Positions 1-12,080 of a stretch of DNA of 64,000 bases are shown piece after piece; positions within the stretch are counted from its first letter, which is position 1, and each line of letters starts with the position of its first letter. A model generated the notes under the pieces. It did not search any database, had not been told where the DNA came from, and worked only from the letters and a program-made list of their open reading frames with translations. Both the position numbers and the translations under genes were made by a program. The DNA is from Patescibacteria group bacterium UBA5194 (GTDB taxonomy: Bacteria > Patescibacteriota > Gracilibacteria > BD1-5 > UBA6164): NCBI GenBank assembly GCA_002412935.1, contig DHWA01000013.1, positions 6,954-70,953 on the forward strand, given 5' to 3'.

Positions 1-1
1 T

Positions 2-658
2 TCTGTGGCTATAGTAATTGTTTGAGCTTATTTATTTTTTAATGTACAAAAAACTAATAGTCCTGGTGAAAATGAATCTACAAAAATAAATACTTGATTT
101 ACTCAAACTGGAAGTGAAAGATTAACTAAAACAGATACAAAAACAGACTCTGAATCTATGAATTTATGGCAAAAATTTAGTGCAGGAGAAAAAGTAAATC
201 TAAAATGTGAAATTGAAACAGAGCAAGAATGATGAAAAATAAAACAAATAGTTTATATATCGTCTCCAAACATAAGAATGGATATGAATGTAGCAAATAA
301 AGCTTGAGATAATGAAAGTCATATGATAATGGATTCGCAATATTCATATATCTGGGGAGCTAATGGACCAGCTATGAAAATGAAAAACGTAAAAGATGAT
401 GCAAATAAAGATGTAGAAAATATTCCTGAAAATAATACAGAAAAAAATCCTGAACAAGATATGAAAAATAATCTTGAAAATATCCCCTACAATAAATGTA
501 GTGAGTGGATAGTTGATGATTCTATGTTTAAACTTCCTGCATGAACAGAATTTATGGATATGGAAACATTACAAGAGGATATGATGAATCAAGCAACAAA
601 ATGAATGACAGAGGAACAAATCAATATGTTAAAAAGTAGTATGCCTACAAATAATTAA
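2..658 (+). CDS. hypothetical membrane-anchored protein, 5' end outside window
   Basis: Frame is open from the window edge to TAA 656-658 once TGA is read as sense. Extends track ORF 323-544 in both directions. Has an N-terminal hydrophobic stretch SVAIVIVGAYLFF. Confidence 0.5.
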
Positions 659-670
659 AATATACTTACA

Positions 671-1378
671 ATGAGATATGAAAAATTAGATATTTTCAGA
701 GGAATTGCAATTTTGCTTATGATTTTATTTCATATCAATTATTCACTATCAGATATTTTTTCAATAGATTTTCTAAATTTTTCTGAACTATTTCGGCTTC
801 TACTATGAAAAATATGAGTATTACTATTTATAAGCATTTCTTGAGTTTCATTTTTTCTAGCTGAAAAAAAGTATTGAGATAAAATCTATAAAAAATATGT
901 AAAATACTCTATTTTTCTTTGAATAATAGCCTCTTTAATAACTTGATTTACATATTTTTTTATTCCCTGACAACTTATTGTTTTTGGTATTCTACATTTT
1001 TTTTCACTCTCTTTTTTACTAATGATTTTTTTTCGTAAATTGAGATACTTAAATTTTCTCCTTGGAATTATTATAATTTTAATTCCAGTATTTTTTACAA
1101 TGGAAACTAATTTTCATTATTTATTTTTCTTATGATTTACCTACCCATCCTTTTATTCTGCAGATTTCTACCCAATAATTCCATATTTTTGAGTATTTCT
1201 TCTAGCTTATTCTAGCTCTATTTTTCTAGATAAAAAACAAGTATTATGAAATATATTTTGATGAAAACACACTTGAATTATAAGTAATTTTTTGAAATTT
1301 ATGTGAAAAAATTCACTTATAATCTATTTAATTCACCAACCAATAATTATTTTTATTATCTATTTATTAACCTACTAA
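671..1378 (+). CDS. DUF1624 / heparan-alpha-glucosaminide N-acetyltransferase-like integral membrane protein
   Basis: Code-25 ORF of 235 aa. Starts MRYEKLDIFRGIAILLMILFH, typical of the family N-terminus. Multiple hydrophobic helices and many in-frame TGA codons. Confidence 0.55.
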
Positions 1379-1381
1379 ATT

Positions 1382-2032
1382 ATGTCTCACCAAGTTAACT
1401 ATGCTAAAATAAAACATTGATATGTTCGTATACTATCAGATTGAACGCTAAAACTTTCTATTCCCCTTAGACTAAAAGATGATAAGGATTTTGAAGAAAA
1501 ACTTTTAGAAAAATGAAAAATCTTGATGGAAAAAATAAAAGAAACAAATCATAGAAAAATAGAAACTATTTGAGATGATTTTATAGTTATTTTTGGTGAA
1601 AAAATTAAGAAAACTGATTTTTTAGAAAATAGTATACAAAATATAGAATATAAAATGCAAAAATGACAAAGTTTAAACAAAAATAAACAATTATCCAATT
1701 TTACAACATTCACTTCTAAATACTTAAAAAATATTTTAGAACAAGAATCAATTTTAATTCTTGATAAATATTCTAAACTTTTATGAGTTCCTTATGATAA
1801 ACTTTATATAAAAGATTTAAAATCAAAACGGTGAAGTTGTTCTAGAATTCAAAAAATAGTTATAAATTTAAAACTTGTCCATCTTCCAAAGGTATTTTTA
1901 GAATATGTAATAATTCACGAGGCTTGTCACCTAAAAGTAAAAAACCACTCTCATATTTTTTGGAAACATGTAGAATCTTTTCATCCAGAATACAAAGAAA
2001 CAAGAAAAGAACTAAAAAAATATGAAATCTAA
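1382..2032 (+). CDS. DUF45 (YgjP-like) zinc-dependent metallohydrolase
   Basis: Code-25 ORF of 216 aa. C-terminal motif YVIIHEACHLKVKNHSHIFW followed by PEYKETRKELK matches the HExxH core of DUF45/M48-like hydrolases. Confidence 0.7.
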
Positions 2033-2109
2033 ATAGTCAATAAAAAACTATTGTATTTTTAAAAAAATAAGTAAAATATTAATTACTTATCATATAACTT
2101 TATAAAAAT

Positions 2110-2565
2110 ATGGATAATAAATGAGATTACTATAGATTTATACAATCTAAATGGGCTCCTTTTTTATTGTGAATTTTATTTATAGGAGTATTTTATGCTA
2201 TTTACTTTATTTGATGAAATAAAATTCTCACTCCTATCATTAGTCCTAGTGTAAATGATTTTATTAAAAAATTCTGAAATTTTATTCCAGCTTTGTACTG
2301 AATAATATTAACTATAATTTTGTACTTATTAATTTTGATAAAATGGGTTATTCGTCTCAATTTTTGGATTGTTAGTTTTTTACTTATATGGTTAGTTTTT
2401 TGATTTAATCTATTTTTCTGAATACAATTATACTTTTTTGAACCAAGATATACAGAAGTTGCAATCTATATAATAGATAGTTTTAGTAAAGCTATGATTT
2501 GAGCAGGTGCTTCTGTTTTACTTGCTAGTATAATCTTAGTTTTTATAAAGATAAAAAAATCTTAA
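2110..2565 (+). CDS. hypothetical small integral membrane protein
   Basis: Code-25 ORF of 151 aa with about 4 hydrophobic segments. No recognisable motif. Confidence 0.45.
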
Positions 2566-2584
2566 TTTTTAATTTTTCGAAATT

Positions 2585-3892
2585 ATGAAACAACATATAA
2601 ATAAAATATTAATCTGAATATTTTTAACATTTTTTTTAAGTTCTTGTGATTCTGTATTAACTTGAATTGGTAATCTTATGTGTACATGGGCTCCTGATAG
2701 TGATCATTGTTTTCAATTTACTGCAGTTCAATCATGATCTCCAGATGCATGTGAAAAAATAAAATGAACAAAATTTAAAGATACTTGAAGTAATCCTCCA
2801 CGTGATAAATGTTATATGACTGTTGCAACAAATAAAGAAGATCCTTCTATTTGTAACAAAATTAAATGATGACTTTTATCATATACTCCTGATGAATGTA
2901 TAAAATGAGTTTGACAAAAAATCCTTGATGAGACTGTAGAAAAAGATGATTTAAATGGGTGTAAAAAATTGTCTACATTCTCTGGTTTATATCAAAGTCA
3001 ATATGATGAATGTAAAGCTAAACTTGCAACAGTAGAAAAAATAAATGATAAAGATTCTAAAATAGATGATTTGATTTCTCAATTAAAATCAGATCCAGGA
3101 AATAAAGATCTAAAAAAACAACTAGATGATTTAAAAAAGCAAAAACAATTGACTTATGAGATGATGCCTGAAGTACAAAAATGACAATATTTTAAAGAAA
3201 AAAGAGAAGCTATAATGTGAGATATTGAAGATGAAGATGTAAAATCAGCTATTTCAAAAGAGTTTACAGCATATAAATCTGGTGAACCAAATATAATAAA
3301 TCAACTTGATAAATTACAAGAAATCACAAAAAAACAAGAAATGATAAAATCAGCTGATGAAAAAGCTAATGAGTTAGTTGATAAAATGAAAGAACAACTA
3401 GATTGAATAGTACAAGAAAAACAAGATGAAATCGTATGAGCTATGTGAGATAAAGCTCAAGAACGGATCGAAAAAAATGGTTGAGCTCAACTAAAATATG
3501 CCCTAAGTGACCTAAAATGGACTATGGATAAGTATGAAAAATGAAGTGCTATGTATGAATCAGCTAAATGAAAATATGACAAAATAAAATGAGTATATGA
3601 TGAAGTTATGTGAGTATACAATAGAGTTGACCAAGTAAATAAGATGCTAGCTGAATGAAAAATAGATGCCTGAAAAGCAAAAGTACTAAAGTGAGCAGTA
3701 TTACTTGATAAATGACTAGAATATGCAACTGGATATGTACCAGTTTTTGGTAGTACAATATCAACAATAAGTAAAGAAACTTTCTGAGTTGTAATAGAAC
3801 TTGCTAAAAAAAGAGCAGAGAGATCAACTGCACTTGATAAATGTTTTGATGATCCTGCTAATTGTGATACTGATAAAATAAGTGCTTATTAA
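2585..3892 (+). CDS. hypothetical lipoprotein with Cys-rich N-domain and long coiled-coil region
   Basis: 435-aa ORF. Signal peptide ends in the lipobox-like FLSSC. Contains track ORF 2969-3184. Charged heptad-like sequence through most of its length. Confidence 0.6.
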
Positions 3893-3965
3893 AATCCTAT
3901 TGACTTTTAAATAAAAGGTGCTATATTACACAATATAACATCTTTTATTTTTTTACTGTTCTATT

Positions 3966-4199
3966 ATGTATTGAACAAAACAAGATATACTTATATGAGA
4001 ATGAACCTATATGAGAATAGGTGATGAAGTATTTCAAGCTAGATGAAATTTTTATGTTGGTTTAGAAAAGAAATCATTAAAAGAAATTATACAAAAAAAA
4101 TGAAATCCTGATATTTTCAAAGTTGAAGAATACGAAACTCTAGATTCAAATATAGGTAGAATAAAAATAAGACTCCAAGATATTTTAGTTGAAAACTAA
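3966..4199 (+). CDS. hypothetical small protein
   Basis: 77-aa code-25 ORF with no motif. Called only from open frame and position. Confidence 0.3.
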
Positions 4200-4270
4200 T
4201 AAAATTAATTTGACAAAATCCTAAAACCAAATACCCTAAATATATAAATTTACTAAATTAAAAAAAGTAT

Positions 4271-4345
4271 ATGACTAATTTATTTACAACATCTTTAAGA
4301 AGAAGACCATTTTCACAAATGAAAATGGTTGCTATTGCTGTGTAA
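4271..4345 (+). CDS. candidate 24-aa leader peptide with three consecutive Arg codons (MTNLFTTSLRRRPFSQMKMVAIAV)
   Basis: ATG 4271 to TAA 4343-4345. AGA AGA AGA at 4298-4306. Lies directly upstream of the terminator hairpin and the arg operon. Confidence 0.35.
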   Translation: MTNLFTTSLRRRPFSQMKMVAIAV

Positions 4346-4400
4346 ATAAATTATACATCATAAAAGAGCTATTTTCATAAATAGCTCTTTTTATTTTTTT
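4307..4400 (+). promoter_or_regulatory. candidate transcription attenuator (1:2 hairpin, 2:3 antiterminator, 3:4 terminator) in front of argG
   Basis: 1:2 pairing is CCATTTTC (4307-4314) with GAAAATGG (4321-4328). 3:4 pairing is the 13-bp stem AAAAGAGCTATTT (4362-4374) with AAATAGCTCTTTT (4379-4391), followed by a T-run. 2:3 alternative is GAAAATGGTT (4321-4330) pairing with AGCTATTTTC (4367-4376). The argG ATG is only about 13 nt after the T-run. Confidence 0.45.
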
Positions 4401-4412
4401 AAATTTTTAAAT

Positions 4413-5663
4413 ATGGAAAATACAACTACTTACAAAAAAGTTGCTTCACATGAAGCAATAAAATGAGAATTTGATAAATGTTTACTTTTGTATTCAGGTG
4501 GACTTGATACATCTATGATGCTAAAATGGATACAAGAAGAATACAATTGTAAAGTAATTGCCCTAACAATTGATATCTGACAAACAGCAGATGACCTAGA
4601 AGCAATTAAACAAAAAGCATTTTATCTATGAGCACTAGATGCTGTTGTCATAGATGCAAAAGATGAATTTGCAGAAGTACTTCTTTCAAAAGCTATAAAA
4701 GCAAATGCAGATTATCAATGATGATATGCACTAAGTACTCCTCTTGGTAGGGTTATTATATCTGAAATTGCTGTAAAAATAGCAGAAAAATATGATTGTA
4801 AAGTCATAGCTCACGGATGTACTTGAAAATGAAATGATCAAGTTCGTTTTGAATGATATATAACAACTTTAAATCCAAAGATGAAAACAATTGCTCCAGT
4901 AAGGGAATGGTCTATGTGAAGGGATGAACAAATAGAATATGCTGAAAAAAATTGAATTCCTGTAAAACAAAAAAAAGATAAACCCTATTCGTATGATGAA
5001 AATATGTGGTGAAATACTTGAGAATGATGAGAAATAGAAAATCCAGAATTTACACCTAAATTTGCAAATATTCTACAATGGTGTAAAACTATAGAAGAAG
5101 CAGTTGATAAAACAGAAGAAATAACAATCTGATTTGAAAAATGAATTCCTACAAGTCTAAATTGAGAAAATAAAAAATTATCAACTTTGATTATGGAATT
5201 GAATAAATTATGAGCAAATCATGGAATATGAGTATTCCCTCTTATAGAAGACAGGCTTGTATGATTAAAAGTTCGTGGAGTCTATGAAAATCCAGCAGCA
5301 ACTATACTTATAAAAGCACACAAAAATCTAGAACAACTAGTTTCTACAAGGGAAGAAAATGAATTAAAAACTCTTATAGATACAAAATGGGCATACCTAA
5401 CTTATGCAGCAAAATGGTATGATCCAGTAATGAAAAATATCATCTCATATATCGATATGCAAAATGAAAAAGTAAGTGGGACAGTTACCATAAAACTATA
5501 CAAATGAAATGTAATTGTAGCAAACTTAACTTCAAAATATTCTCTTTTTGATGCAAATCTTGCTACTTTCAACAAATGTATGAGCTTCAATCAAAACTCT
5601 AGTGCATGATTTATAGAAATCTATAATCTAGCTCAAAAAACAGCTTACAATGTAATGAAGTAA
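4413..5663 (+). CDS. argG: argininosuccinate synthase
   Basis: 416 aa. N-terminal [13 protein letters not shown]-binding motif. TGA falls at conserved Gly positions (for example DIGQ). Followed by argF and argH. Confidence 0.9.
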
Positions 5664-5681
5664 TTCTTAATTATACAGACT

Positions 5682-6605
5682 ATGAAACATTTTTTAACAC
5701 TCAGTGATTTCTCTAAAGAAGAAATTTTGGAGATACTAGAACTAGCTTTCCATATCAAACAAGAAACAAAAGCATGAATTTTTAAAGATTATATGAAGAA
5801 AAAAACTCTCGGAATGATATTTGAAAAATCTTCAACAAGAACAAGAGTAAGTTTTGAAACTTGAATCTATCAACTTGGATGACAATGATTATTTCTATCA
5901 TCAAACGATATCCAATTAGGAAGATGAGAACCATTAAAAGATACTTCAAGAGTTCTCTCAACTATGGTAGATATGGTTATGCTTAGAACTTTTGGTCAAG
6001 AAAGACTAGAAGAATTTGCAAAATATTCAAGTATTCCTGTAATTAATTGACTAAGTGATGAATTTCATCCAGTACAAATAATGGCAGATTATATGACTAT
6101 AATAGAACAAAATAAACAAGATAATTTAGTTATTGCTTATATCTGAGATTGAAATAATATAGCACATTCTTGGTTAAATCTAGCATCAAAAATAGGTTTT
6201 GAACTGAGAATTGCCACACCAAAGTGATATGAAGTAAATCAAAATATTTTAGAAAATGCTCTTTTGAAAGCTGAAAAAAGTTGAGCTAAAATTACAATTA
6301 GTAATAATCCAAAAGAAATAGTAAAATGAGCAACAGTAGTTACAACAGATACTTGGGTGTCTATGTGACAAGAAGATGAAAAAGAAAAAAAAATAGCAGA
6401 CTTTAAATGATTTATAGTTGATGAAAACTTAATGAAATTATCTCATAAAGATTCAATTTTTCTACACTGTTTACCTGCTTACAGAGGTTATGAAGTAAGT
6501 GAAAATGTCTTGGAATGAAGCCAAAGTGTAGTTTGGCAAGAAGCAGAAAATAGACTTCATGTTCAAAAATGAATTATGGTATGGCTTCAAATGAAGCAAA
6601 AATAA
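5682..6605 (+). CDS. argF: ornithine carbamoyltransferase
   Basis: 307 aa. [10 protein letters not shown] carbamoyl-phosphate motif, HPVQ motif and HCLP near the C-terminus. Operon context with argG and argH. Confidence 0.9.
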
Positions 6606-6628
6606 AATATAATTTAACTTTAAATTTT

Positions 6629-7819
6629 ATGAAAAAAATATGGCAAAAAAATAGTACTCAGAGTGTGAATTCCCTTATCGAAGATTATACTGTATGAATT
6701 GATTATTTAATTGATATGCAATTAATCTCGTACGATATAATCTGATCAAAAGCTCATGTTAAAATGCTAAATAAAATCTGAGTTTTAACTGATTCTGAGA
6801 AAGATTCTCTTTTACAATGATTAGATGAAATCTGAGAATTAGTGAAAAAATGAGATTTCACAATATTAAAATCAGAAGAAGATTGTCATACAGCAATTGA
6901 ATCTTATCTAACAAAAAAATACCCTAGTATTTGAACAAAAGTCCATACTTGAAGGTCAAGAAATGATCAAATCCTAGTTACTACAAGGTTATTTACAATG
7001 GATAAAGTTTCTAAAATTATAGAATCTATAGAAACACTAATAAACTCTTTTGAAAACAAAATAAAAGAAATCTGAGAAATAAAAATGCCTGGTTATACAC
7101 ATATGCAAAAAGCTATGCCCTCAAGTGTATGAATGTGGCTTTGATCAATTCACGATTCTATACAAGATGATTTACTCCTAGTAAAAACAGCTCTAGAAAT
7201 CAATAATCAAAACCCTCTTTGAAGTGTTGCTTGATTTTGAGAAAATGTATTTTGATTAGATAAAGAATTTACAGCAAAAGAATTATGATTTAAAAAAGTC
7301 CAATCAAACCCAATGTATGCCAGTTACAGCAGGTGAAAATTTGAGAATATTATTCTACAATCTCTTAGCCAAGTGATGATGGATCTATGAAAATTTGCTT
7401 CTGATATGGTATTATTTTGAACCAAAGAATTTGATTATTTTACTCTACCAAATGAGTTTAAAACTGGGTCAAGTGTAATGCCTCAAAAGAAAAACTTGGA
7501 TGTGATGGAACTTGTTAGGTGAAATTCCAATTTATTTCAAGGTTATGAATACCAAGTAAAAGAAATATTTAAAAACTTAATGAGCTGATACAACAGGGAT
7601 TTTCAACTTACAAAAGAACCATATCTAAAATGAATAAAATTAGCTTTGGATACTATTGATATTTGCAATCTAGTTGTAAATAATCTATGAGTTAATAAAT
7701 CTAAATTAGAACTTGCTTGTTCAGAAGAATTGTATGCTACAGAAGAAGCTTACAAACTTGTAAAAGCCTGAGCAAGTTTTAGGGATGCTTATAAGATTGT
7801 ATGAGAGAAATATCTGTAG
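6629..7819 (+). CDS. argH: argininosuccinate lyase
   Basis: 396 aa. GRSRNDQ and SSVMPQKKN fumarate-lyase signatures. Confidence 0.9.
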
Positions 7820-7844
7820 AAATAATAATAGTATTATTACTTCC

Positions 7845-7938
7845 TGTCATTCTGAGGCTTTTACGAAGAATCCCTTAAGCATTTTTTTATGATATAATCC
7901 TAGTTTAAGGGATTCTTAATTTCATTTAGTATAATACA
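7845..7938. mobile_element. TGTCAT-family MITE-like palindromic element, right arm decayed
   Basis: Left arm is TGTCATTCTGAGGCTTTTACGAAGAATCCCTTAAG. The right arm TTAAGGGATTCTTAATTTCATTTAGTATAATACA is a degraded inverted copy. Confidence 0.6.
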
Positions 7939-7945
7939 ATTTAGT

Positions 7946-8264
7946 CTTACTTTTGAATCCAAAAGTAGCAAAAGATTTAAGGGGACGTCGTTCCCCTTAA
8001 AAACCCCTGAAGCGTTTCCCGGTTTCTGGGTTCATATCACAAATTATGTTTTTATTTAAGTCATAGTTTTACCTTTCAATTGACCACTTAGTGAAAATAA
8101 GGACTTTTATTTATTATAAAATTTAACTTACTATATTGGTAAACTTATAGAAATATGGGGGTTTGGGGGGCGAGACGATAGTGAGTACTTACAGAAAGCA
8201 CAAAACACTAATTCTGAAATTCGAGCCCCCAAATCTTTTGCTTACTTTTGGATTCAAAAGTAAG
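7946..8264. mobile_element. second MITE-like element (about 319 bp) with about 39-bp terminal inverted repeats and a GC-rich core
   Basis: Left TIR is CTTACTTTTGAATCCAAAAGTAGCAAAAGATTTAAGGGG (7946-7984). The right TIR (8226-8264) is its near-perfect reverse complement. Each TIR holds its own 8-bp hairpin. The core contains G/C runs that are unusual for this genome. Confidence 0.6.
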
Positions 8265-8385
8265 AAGTAATTGAATTATCTAAAATAAACTTAAATTTTA
8301 ATTTAAACTAAATTATTTATAATAAGAATTTACAAAAATAATAATATAGATAAAATAAAATCTCAAATACTTAAAAAATCCTCTT

Positions 8386-10113
8386 ATGAAAAAACCAGAA
8401 AAAAACAAAAAATGAAACCTATTAAATCTACTTAAACCATATACCTGGCTTATAATATGAATACTTGTACTTACTATCCTAAGTAATGGTTTAAATCTTA
8501 CGATTCCAAAAATTATATCATCATCTATTGATGCCTATACAAAATGAAATTTAAATCTATATATAACTATTATAGAATTTTTTGTAATATCTGTTTTTAT
8601 ATTTTTGTTCACTTATATGCAAAATATTATGCAGGTTTATACTTCTGAAATAGTAGCAAAAGATCTGAGAGAAAAACTTATAAAAAAAATCTCACTTCAA
8701 GATTATAATTATATCCAGACTGTGAGTCCTTCAAAACTACTTACAAACCTGACTTCTGATGTTGACTCAGTAAAATCATTTGTCTCTCAGGCTATCGCTT
8801 CAATTATATCTTCTATTTTTTTGATAATCTGAGCAAGTGTGCTTCTTATTATGATAGATTGGCAACTTGCTTTAGCTGTCCTTAGTATAGTCCCTATAAT
8901 CTGAGGTACTTTTGCTTTTATCCTTTCTAAAGTTAGTAAACTATTCAAGATGACCCAAGAAACTATTGACTGGTTAAATAGAATTATAAATGAAAGTATC
9001 CTAGGATCAGCTCTGATTAGACTTCTCAACTCTCAAACTTTTGAATATAAAAAATTTATAGAAGCAAATGAAAAATCAAAAGAAATCTGATTTGCAATCT
9101 TGGGATTTTTCGCAACTCTTATTCCGATAATAATGTTTTTCTCAAACCTTGCAATTTTGATAATTTTGGTACTTTGAGGACATTTTGTAATCCTTGGAAC
9201 TATGAGTCTTGGTAATTTTGCAGCATTTAATGCTTACTTATCAATCCTTATCTTCCCTATCATAATAATCTGATTTATGAGTACTGTTATAGCTCAAGCA
9301 TCTGCTTCTTATGGTCGTATTTTGGAAGTACTTAATTCCGAAGAAGAAAAAGACGAATGAACTATAGTAAAAAAACTAAATTGAGATATAAGTATGGAAA
9401 ATATTGGTTTAAATTTCTGAGATAAATGTGTACTAAGAAATATCAATTTTCAAATAAAACCAAAAACAAGAACTGCAATAATAGGACCAACTGCAGCAGG
9501 AAAAACTCAGCTTCTAAATATATTGACTGGTCTAATAAAACCAAGTACTTGATTAATCAAGTATGACTCAAATAATCTAAATCAATATGATAAAAAATCA
9601 TTTTACGAACAAATTGGATTAGTATTTCAAGACAGTAATCTTTTCAATCTATCTCTTAGAGAAAATATAGCATTTAGTGATACTGTAAAAGATATAGACA
9701 TAAAAAAAGCTATAGATACCGCAGAACTTAGAGATTTGATAGACTCTCTACCAAATTGATTAGATACAATAGTTTCAGAAAGATGAACTAGTCTATCAGG
9801 ATGACAAAAACAAAGAATTATGCTAGCTAGAGCACTAGCTGTAAATCCAAAAATACTTCTACTAGATGATTTCACTGCTAGACTTGATGTAAAAACTGAG
9901 AAAAAGATTCTAGATAATGTAAGAGAAAATTACCCTGAAATTACTCTTATATCTGTAACCCAGAAAATAGAACCAATAAAAGATTATGATACTATAATAT
10001 TATTGATGGAATGAGAAATATTAGCAATTTGAAAACACGAAGAACTTATAAAAACATCTCCAGAATATATCCAAATTTTTAATTCACAATTAAGTACAAA
10101 CAATGAATACTAA
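8386..10113 (+). CDS. ABC exporter, fused permease/ATPase (MsbA/MdlB type)
   Basis: 575 aa. Six-helix TMD. Walker A GPTAAGKT, signature LSGGQKQR, Walker B ILLLDD. Joins track ORFs 8605-8832 and 9820-10014. Confidence 0.85.
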
Positions 10114-11872
10114 TTACAAACTTAAAACAGGTAAAGAAAAAAATAAAAAAGGGAAAAAGATGAAGTCTTCACTGAAAAAACTTCTTCCCCTATTAAAAGA
10201 CGAGAAATCAAAACTATGGATAACTTTTGTAACAGTTATTATCAATTCTGTTGCTAGTCTAATCTCGCCTATTATCATCTGAATAACTATTGATACATAT
10301 ATAAAATCAAAAGATTATCATGGTATACTAATCAATTCTATGTGGCTTTTAGCAATCTATATAATCTGAAGTCTTGCTCTTTTTATCCAAACAAAATCTA
10401 TGTGATGAGTTTGAAGAAGACTTTTATTTAGCTTGAGAAATGTCATTTTTAATAAACTTCAAGAATTGCCTATTGAGTTTTTTAATCAAAACAAAGCTGG
10501 AGATCTAATCTCGAGAATTAACAATGATACAGATAAATTAAATCAGTTTATATCACAAGCATTGATGCAGTTTATGAGAAACTTTTTTTTAATCCTTTGA
10601 ACTGGTATTTTTATACTTTTTCTAAATTTTAAACTGGCGATTGCAACTCTAGTACCCGCAATACTGGTTCTCATAATATCTAGGACTTTATCTCCACGGG
10701 TTAAGAGAAAAAATCTAGAAAGTCTACAAGCAACTTGAAATATAAGCTCTGAAATACAAGAAAGTTTGAGTAGCTTCAAAGTTATAATTGCATTTAATCG
10801 TCTGGATTATTTTAAAAAGAAGTTTGAGATATCAAATAAAGAAAACTACAAAGCTTCCCTATGAGCTTGAATTGCCAACAATACCTATACTCCAATATAC
10901 TGATTTGCATCAAATCTAGCTTCTCTAATCACTTTATGTTACTGACTATATCTAATATCTACTTGAAATATCACAATAGGTCTACTTATAAGTTTCCAAA
11001 TTTATGTAACAAATTTCTATTCTCCACTTCTACAAATTGCTTCTATCTGGGCATCATTTCAACAATCTCTAGCCTCTCTTGATAGAATCTGGGAGGTTGT
11101 ATGACTTAATACAAATATAAAGATTATTGAGTCTGAAAAAACTATAAAAAACAATTCTTTACTAGAATTTAAAAATGTATTTTTCCGTTATCCTGAGTGA
11201 GAAAATATCCTAAAAGATATAAATTTCACACTAAAAAAATGAAAAACTTATGCTCTAGTATGACCAACAGGTTGATGAAAAACAACAACAGCTTCTCTTA
11301 TGGCAAGACTTTATGATCCATCTGAATGAACTATACTACTTGATTGAAAAGATATCCGTTCATACAAACATAATGATAGAGCCAAAAAAATAGGGTTTAT
11401 ATTACAAGAACCATTCTTGTTTTCATGAACTATCAAAGACAATATAATCTACTGAAATGACAAATATCAAGATTATACAAACAAAGACCTAAGCGAAGTT
11501 TTGAAAAAAGCAGATTTATACAATCTAGTATCCAAGTTTGACAAATGACTAGACACAGAGATCACCACAAGTTCCGAATCTATAAGTCTATGACAAAAGC
11601 AACTCATAGCATTTGTAAGAGCCTTCCTAAGAAATCCCGAACTACTTATACTAGATGAAGCCACAGCCAATATAGACACAGTCACAGAACAACTACTGGA
11701 CGAAATACTTAGTAAATTACCAAAAACTACAACAAAAGTTATCATCGCACACAGGCTAAATACTATCAAAAATGCCGATGAAATATTCTTTGTAAATTCA
11801 TGAGTTATAACAGTAGCACATTCTATGGAAAATGCAATGGAGATGCTGTTTAGTGGGAGGAGAGAGGGGTAG
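10103..11872 (+). CDS. ABC exporter, fused permease/ATPase, partner of the preceding gene
   Basis: 589 aa. Overlaps the upstream gene by 11 nt. Walker A GPTGGGKTT has three Gly encoded by TGA (11261-11287). Signature LSLGQKQ and Walker B LLILDEA. Confidence 0.85.
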
Positions 11873-11881
11873 GAAATCTTC

Positions 11882-11916
11882 TGTCATACTGAATGAAACG
11901 AAGTATCCCTTTAACA
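11882..11916. repeat. solo left arm of a TGTCAT-family element
   Basis: TGTCATACTGAATGAAACGAAGTATCCCTTTAA sits 10 nt after the ABC stop codon. No matching right arm nearby. Confidence 0.5.
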
Positions 11917-12080
11917 TTAATAAAAAATAGAGAAAATTGCTTAATAGACGATAATAATTATTCTATGTTTTAATTAATAGCAAAAAATTAAAATATAAAA
12001 ATTTGATTTTAGAAAAATATGTATATACTAAGTGTATATTATATATTTTTTGAAAGTAATTTATATTTTAACTTAGGGTT

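Noticed and set aside
4210-4246. Sigma70 promoter for the arg leader (TTGACA at 4210-4215, TATATA at 4241-4246)
   Set aside because: The spacing is about 25 nt, too long for a canonical promoter. In this AT-rich sequence -10-like hexamers are ubiquitous.
7981-8230. tmRNA, tRNA or SRP RNA inside the GC-rich core (5' GGGGACG..., GGGGGCGAG...GAGCCCCC)
   Set aside because: The acceptor-like ends are not complementary over 7 bp. There is no T-arm GGTTCGA and no resume-codon or tag region. The GGGGGC/GCCCCC hairpin spans only about 66 nt. No SRP GGAAGCAGCC motif is present.
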